Assembly: GCF_000220175.1 (NCBI RefSeq)
Contig: NZ_AFPU01000001.1
Coordinates: 685,512-717,511, forward strand
DNA length: 32,000 nucleotides
Origin: Nitrosarchaeum koreense MY1
GTDB lineage: Archaea; Thermoproteota; Nitrososphaeria; Nitrososphaerales; Nitrosopumilaceae
Direction of reading: 5' to 3'
Of this stretch, positions 1 to 8,874 are shown in pieces (position 1 is the first letter of the stretch; each line of letters opens with the position of its first letter). A program made the translations under genes and the position numbers. The notes beneath the pieces were generated by a model. The model was not told the origin of the DNA and ran no database searches. It saw nothing but the letters and a program-made list of their open reading frames with translations.

Positions 1-1
1 T

Positions 2-610
2 TTTAATCTGGATGCCCAGTATTTTTGGCATGAGAAAGGACTGCCAAAAAATATCGATGCTGTGATTCTTCCAGGTGGATTTTCTTATGGTGATAGATTA
101 AGGTCTGGGGCAATTGCAGCTCATAGTCCTATAATTAACGACGTGAGAAAGATGGCAGACAAAGGAATCCCTATTTTGGGCGTATGCAACGGATTCCAAA
201 TTCTAGTTGAGGCCGGTCTCCTTCCAGGTGCATTGCTCAAAAATACATCGCTGAATTTTATGTGTGGCTGGACTAATTTGATAGTTGAAAACAACAAGAC
301 TCCATTTACAAACAAATTGAAACTAAATCAAAAGATTCCAATTCCAATTGCAAATGGTGAGGGCAGATATTATGTCGATAATGACACGCTAAAAAAATTA
401 AAGAAAAATAATCAAATTGTTTTTAGATACGAGCAAGTGATAAACGGCTCAATTGATAGAATAGCTGGCGTTTGCAACGAAGATGGAAATGTTGTTGGAA
501 TGATGCCTCATCCAGAAAGAGCAGCCGAGTCTGCAATTAACCCAATTGACAATAAACCGTCTTCTCTAATTTTTGAATCACTGATTAAAACAATTGGTGT
601 TAAAAATTGA
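2..610 (+). CDS. purQ: phosphoribosylformylglycinamidine synthase glutaminase subunit PurQ (5' end cut by window edge)
   Basis: Frame is open from nt 2, with no stop before the ORF-track start at 62. Class-I amidotransferase motifs GFSYGD, nucleophile motif GVCNGFQ and HPER are present. The stop overlaps the TTG start of purL (ATTGA). Confidence 0.92.
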   Translation, partial: FNLDAQYFWHEKGLPKNIDAVILPGGFSYGDRLRSGAIAAHSPIINDVRKMADKGIPILGVCNGFQILVEAGLLPGALLKNTSLNFMCGWTNLIVENNKTPFTNKLKLNQKIPIPIANGEGRYYVDNDTLKKLKKNNQIVFRYEQVINGSIDRIAGVCNEDGNVVGMMPHPERAAESAINPIDNKPSSLIFESLIKTIGVKN

Positions 611-2772
611 GTCTAGAGCCCCAAGAACTAGATGACCTTACATCAAAGATTGGACGAAAACCAACATCGACTGAATTACAAATTGTAGCTGCTGAATGGT
701 CAGAGCATTGCTCGTACAAGTCATCAAAGAAACATCTCAAAATGTTGCCAATGAAAGGGCCTTTGGTAATTTCTGAAAAAGGATACGATTCCGGTGTGTT
801 GGATGTTGGGGATGGTTATGTAATTACAGCTCATATTGAAAGTCACAACCATCCGTCTGCAGTTGAGCCATATGGCGGTGCTGCAACTGGTGTTGGCGGT
901 GTTATCCGAGATATCCTGTCTGCAGGAACCAGACCAATTGCAATTTTTGATGGTCTGAGATTTGGAAACATTGAAAAAGACTTGCAAGCAAGATGGCTTT
1001 TTAAAAATGCAGTTACCGGAATTGCAGACTATGGGAACTGTTTGGGAATCCCAACAATCGGCGGTGAGGTTGAATTTGATGAATGCTATACAAATTACGC
1101 TCTAGTTGATGTCGCAGCAATTGGATTTGGCAAGAAATCAAATCTGATAAAAAATCATGCAAAAAAAGGAGACATTGTCGTATTACTTGGCGGTTCTACT
1201 GGAAGGGACGGCATTGGTGGTTCTCAGTTTGCATCTGATTCATTAGAGTCTGAAAACAGATCAGCAGTCCAAATCCCAGATCCATTCATTGAAAAATTAA
1301 TCATCGAGGCAATTCTTGAGGCAAGAAATCAGAAACTAATTCATGCAATGAAGGACCTTGGCGGCGGTGGACTGTCCTGTGCTGTTTCTGAAACTGCTGA
1401 TGCTCTTTCTATTGGAATTGAGATGGATGTAAACAAGGTTCACACTAGAGAATCTGACATGAACCCCGATGAAATAATGGTATCTGAATCTCAGGAGAGA
1501 ATGCTAATTGTCACAAATAATGAGAAACTAAAAAAACTCCAAGAAATCTGCAAAAAGTTCCGCATATCTTGTTCTGTTATCGGTCATGTTACTTTTGATA
1601 ACATGATGCATGTAAAGCAGGGAAGCAAGACATGTGCAAATCTTCCAACCGACGTTGTTGCAAACGCCAAACTTTTGGACAGACCATCAAAAAAACCTGA
1701 ATATCTAGAAAATATAGAACAAGAAAAGAAACTCAAACCAATTTCTGATTATTCAAAAATGATGATGAAGTTTCTTGCAGCGCCAAACATTGCAAGCAAA
1801 ATTTGGGTGTATGGCCAATATGATCATGAGGTAGGAATTAGAACAGTAGTAAAACCTGGCAAAGATGCATCTGTACTTCGATTGGATAATGGCAAATTTT
1901 TATCAGCAAAAATCGATGGCAATCCAAAACACTGTTACATCAATCCAAGAGAGGGAGCAATTGGCTGCTTTGAGGAAGCATGCAGAAATGTTGTCTGCAC
2001 TGGCGCAAAACCAATTGGAATGCTTGATCATCTGCAGTTTGGAAATCCTGAAAACCCAGAAATCTTTTGGACGTTTTTAGAGTCGCTAAAAGGAATTACT
2101 GATTTTGCAAAATATTTTGAAATTCCATGTGTTGGCGGAAAGGTCAGTTTGTATAATGAGACTCCAACCGGCCCGATAAAACCAACTCCTATAATTGGAA
2201 TCCTTGGATTGATTGACAAGGCACCCCTGTTCTCTCACAAAATAGATGCCAGCGATACACTTGTGATAATTGGCGATACAAAAGATGAGATGGGAGGCTC
2301 TGAATATTTTGAATACATCCACAAGTTTGTTGGTGGGAAATGTCCTGTTGTAAATTTTGCAGAATCAAAATCACACATGAATACAGTATTGGATGTGATT
2401 GGTAAAGGATTGGTAAAGGCAGCACATGATTGCTCCAAAGGAGGTCTGGCAGTTGCCGTTTCAGAGCTTTGCATGACATATCAAATTGGATGCAACATAT
2501 CACTTGAAAAAATCCCAGGTCCAAAACTTGAAGTTGACCGAACATTGTTTTCTGAAACTCATTCAAGATATCTACTAGTTGTAGACAAGAAAAACCTCCC
2601 AAAATTAGATGAACTTCTCAAAAAGAGCAAAATATCTTACAAAATGATTGGAACGTTTGGTGGTGAAAACATCAAACTAAACAAAGCAAACAAATCGATC
2701 ATAGATCTAAGAGTTGATAAGGCTCAAAAAACTTGGTTTAATTCGTTAAGGGAGTTGGTAGTTCATGGTTAA
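607..2772 (+). CDS. purL: phosphoribosylformylglycinamidine synthase subunit PurL (FGAM synthase II)
   Basis: 721-aa ORF with the PurL hallmark ESHNHPSAVEPYGGAATGVGG and duplicated AIR-synthase-like halves. Its TTG start overlaps the purQ stop and its 3' end overlaps the purF start by 8 nt. Confidence 0.95.
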   Translation: MSLEPQELDDLTSKIGRKPTSTELQIVAAEWSEHCSYKSSKKHLKMLPMKGPLVISEKGYDSGVLDVGDGYVITAHIESHNHPSAVEPYGGAATGVGGVIRDILSAGTRPIAIFDGLRFGNIEKDLQARWLFKNAVTGIADYGNCLGIPTIGGEVEFDECYTNYALVDVAAIGFGKKSNLIKNHAKKGDIVVLLGGSTGRDGIGGSQFASDSLESENRSAVQIPDPFIEKLIIEAILEARNQKLIHAMKDLGGGGLSCAVSETADALSIGIEMDVNKVHTRESDMNPDEIMVSESQERMLIVTNNEKLKKLQEICKKFRISCSVIGHVTFDNMMHVKQGSKTCANLPTDVVANAKLLDRPSKKPEYLENIEQEKKLKPISDYSKMMMKFLAAPNIASKIWVYGQYDHEVGIRTVVKPGKDASVLRLDNGKFLSAKIDGNPKHCYINPREGAIGCFEEACRNVVCTGAKPIGMLDHLQFGNPENPEIFWTFLESLKGITDFAKYFEIPCVGGKVSLYNETPTGPIKPTPIIGILGLIDKAPLFSHKIDASDTLVIIGDTKDEMGGSEYFEYIHKFVGGKCPVVNFAESKSHMNTVLDVIGKGLVKAAHDCSKGGLAVAVSELCMTYQIGCNISLEKIPGPKLEVDRTLFSETHSRYLLVVDKKNLPKLDELLKKSKISYKMIGTFGGENIKLNKANKSIIDLRVDKAQKTWFNSLRELVVHG

Positions 2773-4198
2773 GGAGAATTGTGGCGTAGTTGGAATTTTT
2801 AGTCTTAGTGGAACTAATGTCGTTCCAATGGCAATTGATGCACTAAGGGCTTTACAGCATAGAGGACAAGAAGCTTGGGGTGTTGCAATCCCAAACAAAG
2901 AACCGCTAAAAAGATTGGGACTCGTTTCAGGGGCATCATCAGAGTTTAAGAAAATATGTGAGGAATATGCATCACCTGCAGTAATTGGACATGTTCGTTA
3001 TTCTACAATGGGACGAAGTACTTTGGAAAATGCACAACCCCTCAAAGTAAAGGACCTGTGCATTGCTCATAATGGAACGATTGCAAATGTGCAGGAACTA
3101 TCAAATCTGGTAGGTGGTTGTTCTTTTACTCCGCAAAATGCAAGTGACACTTTGGTTGCAGCACAAAGGTTGGTGTCACTAATTTCTGAGAATGGCCAGA
3201 TGGGAAAAGCATTATCTATTTTAAAAAATGAGATGGTTGGCTCTTATTGTTTTACATTTATCTCTGATGATAATTCCGTATTTGCCGCAAGAGACCCAAA
3301 AGGATTCAGACCGATGGTCTTGGGTTACAAGGAATCAGATGACACATACATTGTGGCATCTGAATCATCTGCAGTTTCTGCAGTTGGCGCAAAACTGCAA
3401 CGCGATGTAAAACCCGGCGAGCTTATCAAACTCAGCAAAAATGGATTGGAGACTGAAAGATTCTCAGAAGACACATCAAGGGCTCACTGCTCTTTTGAAT
3501 TTACATATTTTGCACATCCATCAAGTAACATGGAGGGCGCAAACATCTACATCTCAAGAAAAAACATTGGACGATTTTTGGCAAAAAAATTCCCAATAAG
3601 AGATGCAGACCTTGTAATTCCGGTTCCAGATTCTGCAAGACCTGCAGCCTTGGGATATGCACAAGAGTTGGGAATTACTTTTGATGAAGGGTTACTCAAA
3701 GACAGATACAGCAAGAAAGGACCATTGCGTAGTTTTATTGAGCCACACCAAAGCGACAGAATTGAAATCAATCGATGGATTATTCCAATCAAAGAAATCA
3801 TTGCAGGAAAACACGTCGTTGTAATTGATGACAGCCTAGTTAGGGGAACTAGCTCAAAGGCGATTATCCAAGCATTAAGACGAGCAGGTGCAAAAAAAAT
3901 CAGCATGGTGATCACATATCCTCCTATCAAATTCCCGTGTTATGCTGGAATTGACTTTCCTTCTCAAGATGAGTTGGCCACATTTTCTGATGGTAAGGTG
4001 ATGAACGAAGCTGAATTAACTGAAATGGTAAGAAAGAGTATTGGTGCTGACTTTTTGGGGTATAATGATGCAGAAAATTTGGCAGCAGCCGTTGGAATTC
4101 CAAAGGATTCAATGTGTTTTACATGTTCGTCTGGAAACTATGATTCCCTAGGAATTACCCCAGAGTTTAAAACACGTCTTGAGATGAAAGGAGAATAA
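2765..4198 (+). CDS. purF: amidophosphoribosyltransferase PurF
   Basis: 477 aa with an N-terminal Ntn-amidotransferase nucleophile (MVKENCGVVG) and the PRPP-binding loop VVVIDDSLVRGTSS. C-terminal Cys residues (PCYAGID, CFTCSSG) are typical of Fe-S type PurF. Confidence 0.95.
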   Translation: MVKENCGVVGIFSLSGTNVVPMAIDALRALQHRGQEAWGVAIPNKEPLKRLGLVSGASSEFKKICEEYASPAVIGHVRYSTMGRSTLENAQPLKVKDLCIAHNGTIANVQELSNLVGGCSFTPQNASDTLVAAQRLVSLISENGQMGKALSILKNEMVGSYCFTFISDDNSVFAARDPKGFRPMVLGYKESDDTYIVASESSAVSAVGAKLQRDVKPGELIKLSKNGLETERFSEDTSRAHCSFEFTYFAHPSSNMEGANIYISRKNIGRFLAKKFPIRDADLVIPVPDSARPAALGYAQELGITFDEGLLKDRYSKKGPLRSFIEPHQSDRIEINRWIIPIKEIIAGKHVVVIDDSLVRGTSSKAIIQALRRAGAKKISMVITYPPIKFPCYAGIDFPSQDELATFSDGKVMNEAELTEMVRKSIGADFLGYNDAENLAAAVGIPKDSMCFTCSSGNYDSLGITPEFKTRLEMKGE

Positions 4199-4199
4199 G

Positions 4200-4445
4200 A
4201 TGGAAACTGCATATGTTCTGGTAAAAAGCCAAGTGGCACATGAAATGGATGTGATGGGTGAATTGCTAAAAATTGATAACGTAAAAGAGGCAAGAGGAAC
4301 ATTTGGCGTTTATGATATTTTTGTCAAAGTAGAGGCAAAGACATCAAAAGAACTTGAAGACACAATTACAAAAAATATTAGAAAAGTAAAACATGTAATT
4401 TCTACTACCACCCTGTCGGTAATCCCAGAACAAGACAAAAACTAG
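4200..4445 (+). CDS. stand-alone Lrp/AsnC-type ligand-binding (RAM) domain protein
   Basis: 81 aa. The pattern AYVLVK...V..L..I..VKEA....G.YDIFVKVEA....L.D.I...IRKV..V..T.TL.VI matches the RAM/AsnC_trans_reg fold, and there is no HTH. It starts 1 nt after the purF stop. Confidence 0.7.
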   Translation: METAYVLVKSQVAHEMDVMGELLKIDNVKEARGTFGVYDIFVKVEAKTSKELEDTITKNIRKVKHVISTTTLSVIPEQDKN

Positions 4446-4479
4446 GATCTTTAAATATTGTTTTTTTCAAAATTTTAAC

Positions 4480-4758
4480 ATGAAAGCAATTTGGAATAAT
4501 GTTGTAATTGCCGAAAGTGATGACACTGTAGTAGTTGAAGGAAATCATTATTTTCCAATTGATTCGATAAAATCTGAATATTTTAAAAAAACCGATTTGA
4601 CTACTTTTTGCGGATGGAAGGGAATGGCAAATTATTATTCTGTGACAATTAACGGAAAAACCAACAAAGACTGTGCATGGTACTATGCCGAACCAAACGA
4701 TGCTGCCAAAAAGATCAAAGGAATGGTAGCGTTTTGGAACGGTGTTGATGTAAAATAA
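4480..4758 (+). CDS. DUF427 domain protein
   Basis: 92 aa with the characteristic VEGNHYFP ... CGWKGMANYY ... AWYY ... FW pattern of the DUF427 family. Confidence 0.7.
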   Translation: MKAIWNNVVIAESDDTVVVEGNHYFPIDSIKSEYFKKTDLTTFCGWKGMANYYSVTINGKTNKDCAWYYAEPNDAAKKIKGMVAFWNGVDVK

Positions 4759-4789
4759 TCTTAATTATTAGAAAACTCATCTATCTTCA

Positions 4790-5176
4790 GTGAAATCATA
4801 CACTATTCTAATTGCCATAATTGGCGGTTCGATTGGAATCATGGCAATAATCTTTGGACTGGATATTGGAAAGATGTCGATATCCACTCAAGAATACAGT
4901 CTTTATGTGGATCCAATTATTGACAAACAAAGTCTTTTTGTAACTGGCAGGATAACCATACAAAACACCGGCTCTAAACTGCTAACTAATCTTCATGTGA
5001 ATTTTGGAGATGGTGACACACTTGATATCAAATCTCTCAAACCTGGTGAAAAGATCATCTTGTCTCCACCATCTGATAATTCGATGCAGTTTGTAATGAT
5101 AAACGCAGATAATGACATTTTTGTAAGCAAGGCATACCGAGAACTGCCAAAGATGGTAGGTATGATGGGCTCGTAA
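4790..5176 (+). CDS. hypothetical membrane-anchored protein
   Basis: 128-aa ORF with a GTG start and an N-terminal TM helix (ILIAIIGGSIGIMAIIFGL) followed by a beta-rich soluble part. I recognise no family. Confidence 0.5.
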   Translation: MKSYTILIAIIGGSIGIMAIIFGLDIGKMSISTQEYSLYVDPIIDKQSLFVTGRITIQNTGSKLLTNLHVNFGDGDTLDIKSLKPGEKIILSPPSDNSMQFVMINADNDIFVSKAYRELPKMVGMMGS

Positions 5177-5214
5177 TTCAGAGCAGTTAAATCCAATCAT
5201 TATACAGTCTGGCT

Positions 5215-6039
5215 GTGAAATTTCTAACGTCTGGAAAGGTAAAGGATCTGTATGATGTAGATGAAAATACCCTTCTCTTCAAGTTCTCAGACAGGGTTTC
5301 AGCATATGACGTAAAATTCAAAGAAAATATTCCTAAAAAGGGTGAGGTTTTGTGCAAATTTGCAGAATTTTGGTTTGATACACTTCAGGTTTCTAATCAT
5401 TTTGTAAAAAAACAATCAGACACTGAGATTCTTGTAAAAAAGATGAAGATGCTTCCAATAGAGTGTGTGGTTCGAGGCTATTTTTATGGTAGTCTGATAA
5501 ATAGATGGAAAAAAGGCGAGGTGAAACTACCCCAAGGCACTGACACTACACTTGCTGCAAAACTCTTGGAGCCAATTTTTGATCCGACCACAAAATCAGA
5601 ACATGATATTCCAATTGATAAACAAAAAGCATTGCAAATGAATCTGGTAAATGAAGAACAGTATTCATGGCTTGAAAAAACATCAATTGAGATTTACAAA
5701 AAAATGTCTGAGGTGGCAGACAAGTCTGGATTTATTTTAGCTGATCTAAAACTAGAGTTTGGAATTTTAGATGGGAAAATAACCTTGGGCGATTCCATCG
5801 GTCCTGATGAGTATCGTTTATGGCCAAAGGAGACATACCAGGTTGGTAAAACCCAAGAATCTTTTGATAAACAGATATTGCGAGACTGGCTAACTGAGAA
5901 TGGATACCAAAAGCAATTTGATGATTCACGTGATGCAGGAAAAGAACCAATACCCCCTGCAATACCACCTGAGATAATTCAAAAGATGACAAACAGATAC
6001 GTCATTGCATATGAAAAATTAACTGGCCATTCTCTATAA
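5215..6039 (+). CDS. purC: phosphoribosylaminoimidazole-succinocarboxamide synthase (SAICAR synthetase) PurC
   Basis: 274 aa with a GTG start. N-terminal GKVKDLY...FSDRVSAYD and LADLKLEFG motifs are typical of PurC. Confidence 0.93.
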   Translation: MKFLTSGKVKDLYDVDENTLLFKFSDRVSAYDVKFKENIPKKGEVLCKFAEFWFDTLQVSNHFVKKQSDTEILVKKMKMLPIECVVRGYFYGSLINRWKKGEVKLPQGTDTTLAAKLLEPIFDPTTKSEHDIPIDKQKALQMNLVNEEQYSWLEKTSIEIYKKMSEVADKSGFILADLKLEFGILDGKITLGDSIGPDEYRLWPKETYQVGKTQESFDKQILRDWLTENGYQKQFDDSRDAGKEPIPPAIPPEIIQKMTNRYVIAYEKLTGHSL

Positions 6040-6426
6040 CACAAATAATTTTTTTATTATGACTAGATGTTGATTATGTCCTAACCACCAACTCGAATTC
6101 TATACTGGATTGATTTTACAGATATTCATTTTTGTCATATCCCTACATGTTTCTGACATATCTTTTTCAAATTTTTTATTTTTGCTATTTTTTTAAAATA
6201 TTTGTAGTGGTGTTATAATTATGATACCAATATCATCTAGATAGTAGTGGTAGTGATAAATGTTGTAGTGCTAACAATATTTTTGTATATGCTACAGTAA
6301 ATCTGATAGCGGTCATTGTCTTATGATAGGAGTATCACTATTGTGATAACAAAAAAAAATTGATGCGATTAGACAAAAAAATATGATACGTGGATCTTTT
6401 AGATCAAACTATTAGGAGTAAACAGC

Positions 6427-6945
6427 ATGTCTACACTACTAGAGAAGGAAATCAAAGTAAATCGAATTCTTACAACAAGCGTCCAACACGCACGTGCAAT
6501 TGAAGACCCTGCACGCTCGAAAATCATTGAAATTCTATACCATCGTGCATTATCTGCAGATCAGATTTCAAGTGAGCTAAAAAAGACAGGATACAAAAAA
6601 GCCCTGACCACTGTTCGTCATCATCTTGATATTTTAAAAGAAGCCGGATTAATTGAAATTGCCAAGATTGAGGAATCACGCGGTGCCATCACAAAATTTT
6701 ACAGCACTTCTACAAAATTATTGGGATATGCTGCACCTGATGATTTTGATTCCAAATACTCCAAGGTTATTGACAACACATCTGTGAAGATTGAAAAAAT
6801 TCTCAGATCCATTACTCCAAAGACTGCAAAAACAAAAAAAGCCAAAGGTGGAAACTCTGCAGACTATTCACAGTACCTAGTAATGGAAATCATGAATCGT
6901 GCCATGACCAACATTATGGAAAATTCTAGCAAGGATCATGAATAA
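6427..6945 (+). CDS. ArsR-family winged-helix transcriptional regulator
   Basis: 172 aa. The N-terminal segment ARSKIIEILYHRALSADQISSELKKTGYKKALTTVRHHLDILKEAGLIE is an ArsR/SmtB-type wHTH. The C-terminal half is uncharacterised. Confidence 0.75.
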   Translation: MSTLLEKEIKVNRILTTSVQHARAIEDPARSKIIEILYHRALSADQISSELKKTGYKKALTTVRHHLDILKEAGLIEIAKIEESRGAITKFYSTSTKLLGYAAPDDFDSKYSKVIDNTSVKIEKILRSITPKTAKTKKAKGGNSADYSQYLVMEIMNRAMTNIMENSSKDHE

Positions 6946-7031
6946 TACAATGACTTTCCAATTATTCTCGATAATTTGAAGAGTCGATCAAAAAACTATG
7001 ATAAGGATCAACATAGATCAGTGAAATTGAG

Positions 7032-7445
7032 ATGAAATTGGAAGAAAAAGTCGTAAAATTATTTCAGCAAAGAAATATCGTGTTTATTGCAACTTTGATG
7101 AAAGATGGTTCCCCTCAACTCTCCCCTGTATGGGCTAACTGCGATTCAGATTATGTTTATGTAAATACTGCCGAGGGAAGAATTAAACACAAAAATATTT
7201 TGCGTGATCCTCGAGTTGCAGTATCTGTTGTAGGAAGTAACAATCCTCTTGACATGACAACCATTCGAGGAAAAGTTGAGAAAATAATTCCTGATTATGA
7301 TTATGCACATGCAGACAAATTAACTCAGCAATACATGGGGAGAAATCATTACCCATTCAAAAGAGAAGATGAAAAAAGAATTATTCTTAAAATAAAACCA
7401 GAACGTGTTTTTGTCTTGCCTGAATTAAAAATGAATGACGAGTAA
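7032..7445 (+). CDS. pyridoxamine 5'-phosphate oxidase (PPOX) family / F420- or FMN-binding split-barrel protein
   Basis: 137 aa. IATLMKDGSPQLSPVW...NTAEGRIKHKNILRDPRVAVSV is the typical PPOX-class split beta-barrel signature. Confidence 0.8.
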   Translation: MKLEEKVVKLFQQRNIVFIATLMKDGSPQLSPVWANCDSDYVYVNTAEGRIKHKNILRDPRVAVSVVGSNNPLDMTTIRGKVEKIIPDYDYAHADKLTQQYMGRNHYPFKREDEKRIILKIKPERVFVLPELKMNDE

Positions 7446-7454
7446 AAAAATTAT

Positions 7455-7482
7455 ATATTTCTAAATTCGAATTTAGAAATAT
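7455..7482. repeat. perfect 28-bp palindrome ATATTTCTAAATTCGAATTTAGAAATAT (copy 1 of 3)
   Basis: Read directly; the sequence equals its own reverse complement. It lies 10 nt after the PPOX stop and 46 nt after the stop of the convergent gene 7529-7915. Confidence 0.95.
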
Positions 7483-7528
7483 TTTGTTTTAACATTAAAA
7501 TAAAATGGAAAAAAGGTATGAAAGCAGT

Positions 7529-7915
7529 TTATCGTCGTCTTGCTGCTTTTCTTACAAGTGCTCTTCTAACAAGAGCTCTTCTTACGAGAGCGCGTTTTAC
7601 AGCTTTTCTAACAACTGCTCTTTTAGCTGCTTTTCTTCTAACATCTTTTCTAACAACTGCTCTTTTAGCTGCTTTTCTTCTAACAGCTTTTCTAACAACT
7701 GCTCTTTTAGCTGCTTTTCTTCTAACAACTTTTCTAGCTGCAGTTCGTCTTGGAGATGCTCTCTTGCGAGTTGCTGCTGCTCTTTTAGCTGCCCGACTTC
7801 GTTTTCTTCTTGCTGCCATTTTTAGTGCTTCAGCTGCTTTTTTAGCGGCATTTCTTTTTCTTGTACGTGCTGCTTTTTTAGCTGCTTCTGCTCTTTTGGC
7901 TTTGGATGTGGCCAT
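7529..7915 (-). CDS. extremely basic Ala/Arg/Lys-rich repeat protein (histone H1/HC2-like composition), function unknown
   Basis: 128 aa with an ATG start. By my count 58 residues are K/R and only 3 are acidic; there is no aromatic residue, Cys or His. It has tandem 14-aa repeats VRRKAAKRAVVRK[V/A/D]. Both overlapping plus-strand frames are also open because of low complexity, so the strand choice is an inference. Confidence 0.6.
   Translation of the reverse strand: MATSKAKRAEAAKKAARTRKRNAAKKAAEALKMAARRKRSRAAKRAAATRKRASPRRTAARKVVRRKAAKRAVVRKAVRRKAAKRAVVRKDVRRKAAKRAVVRKAVKRALVRRALVRRALVRKAARRR
7599..7736. repeat. 42-bp tandem repeat, about 3.3 copies, inside the basic-protein gene
   Basis: Units 7611-7652, 7653-7694 and 7695-7736 are identical except for one nucleotide (t/g/a at the same position). 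A partial unit sits at 7599-7610. Confidence 0.95.
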
Positions 7916-8006
7916 GCCTAGATTCGTTTTTCGTAGATGTTATATGGTTAAAGTCACACATTATTACCTCAACGCTAGTAAAATTTGACAATATTTTTTT
8001 TTGCGA

Positions 8007-8492
8007 TCAACAATTAGTGATGCAAATCACAGCTGTATCTGTTGTTGATTGTATTTTTGTTGGACGAATTGTTACACTGTATTGATTTTGCTCATCATAT
8101 GGAATGTCAAATTGTGTAGTGAACATTACCGGTTTGTTTGGCTCTAATATGTGATCTAGCAGATCATCTGCAGAAAACTTACCATACACTGCTCGGTGTT
8201 TTTGTTGTTTTTCATCAACAATGTAAAATTGACCTCCTGAAATTCTTGTGTCTTCATTGCTAATGTTTTTTGCAATAATTTTGATCTTCACAAATGTATT
8301 TTCAGGTATTCTTTCCTTGTTTCCTTCATGTGTTCCATCAAAAGTTACAATATATTCTACAGGTCCTACTGTCACTGCTTCACCTGATTTTCCAATAATG
8401 AAATTGGTTTGATATTGAGTATACATGTACATGGCAGCTCCAATCGAAATTATAATTCCCAGAATCACGATGATGATGCCAATTCGTGCCAT
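8007..8492 (-). CDS. membrane-anchored extracytoplasmic protein, DUF4352-like beta-sandwich (tentative)
   Basis: 161 aa with an N-terminal TM anchor (IGIIIVILGIIISIGAAMYMY). The following pattern VKIKIIAKNISNEDTRISGGQFYIVDEKQQKH resembles DUF4352-type domains. The family call is tentative. Confidence 0.6.
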   Translation of the reverse strand: MARIGIIIVILGIIISIGAAMYMYTQYQTNFIIGKSGEAVTVGPVEYIVTFDGTHEGNKERIPENTFVKIKIIAKNISNEDTRISGGQFYIVDEKQQKHRAVYGKFSADDLLDHILEPNKPVMFTTQFDIPYDEQNQYSVTIRPTKIQSTTDTAVICITNC

Positions 8493-8629
8493 TATGTAAA
8501 CTACAAAAATTTAGTATATAGTTGCAGCGTAAAATGCCGAAAATATCCACCCTAATTAGATCTGGATTGGCATATTCTCTGGAATTTACCACATGAATTA
8601 AAAATATGCCAAAATAGAAAGTGGATATT

Positions 8630-8731
8630 ATGGGAAGATTCAAACCCCTTGAAAAGAAGGACTACGTGAAAATTGCAGTAATTTTTGGAATAATTACAGT
8701 CCCGTTAATTTTTGCTGTATCCATTCGATGA
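8630..8731 (+). CDS. candidate micro-ORF, single-TM peptide (33 aa)
   Basis: Hand translation: MGRFKPLEKKDYVKIAVIFGIITVPLIFAVSIR, ATG to TGA, a basic N-terminus plus one hydrophobic helix. It is below the ORF-track length cut-off and has no homology evidence. Confidence 0.25.
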   Translation: MGRFKPLEKKDYVKIAVIFGIITVPLIFAVSIR

Positions 8732-8874
8732 TTGAGTGTTTTTATCGATTACATACACATGATTATTTGTCATTTTATGATAGGTATAATGATCAAGACC
8801 TTGGATTTTTTTGTTCTCAGTTCTGAGGAATTGGTCCTTTTTTCAACCATTTTTTTCTGTTTTTAGCATGAATT

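Noticed and set aside
724-2602. Antisense and alternative-frame ORFs inside purL (724-987, 1865-2080, 2028-2219, 2086-2322, 2189-2602, 2235-2474)
   Set aside because: All are fully embedded in a strongly supported 721-aa PurL frame and have non-protein-like compositions. They are shadow ORFs.
4200-4445. Calling the 81-aa ORF after purF as PurS
   Set aside because: Its size and context are tempting, but the sequence pattern (AYVLVK..., G.YDIFVKVEA, T.TL.VI) fits the Lrp/AsnC RAM domain and does not resemble PurS sequences I know. purS may lie upstream of the truncated purQ, outside the window.
6040-6426. Replication origin in the long AT-rich, repeat-bearing spacer
   Set aside because: There is no adjacent orc1/cdc6 gene and no ORB-like element with a G-string. 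The flanking genes are co-directional rather than divergent. A regulatory region is the simpler reading.
7505-7988. Two long plus-strand ORFs (7505-7825 and 7518-7988) overlapping the basic-protein gene
   Set aside because: They are low-complexity shadows of the repeat: Ser/Cys/Phe-rich and Leu/Phe/Thr/Ala-rich strings with no protein-like features. The minus-strand frame has an ATG and a coherent repeat architecture. The choice of strand remains an inference and is flagged as such in the findings.
8380-8643. 87-aa minus-strand ORF overlapping the start of gene 8007-8492
   Set aside because: It is out of frame with, and overlaps, the better-supported membrane-protein gene and the divergent spacer. 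No supporting features were seen.
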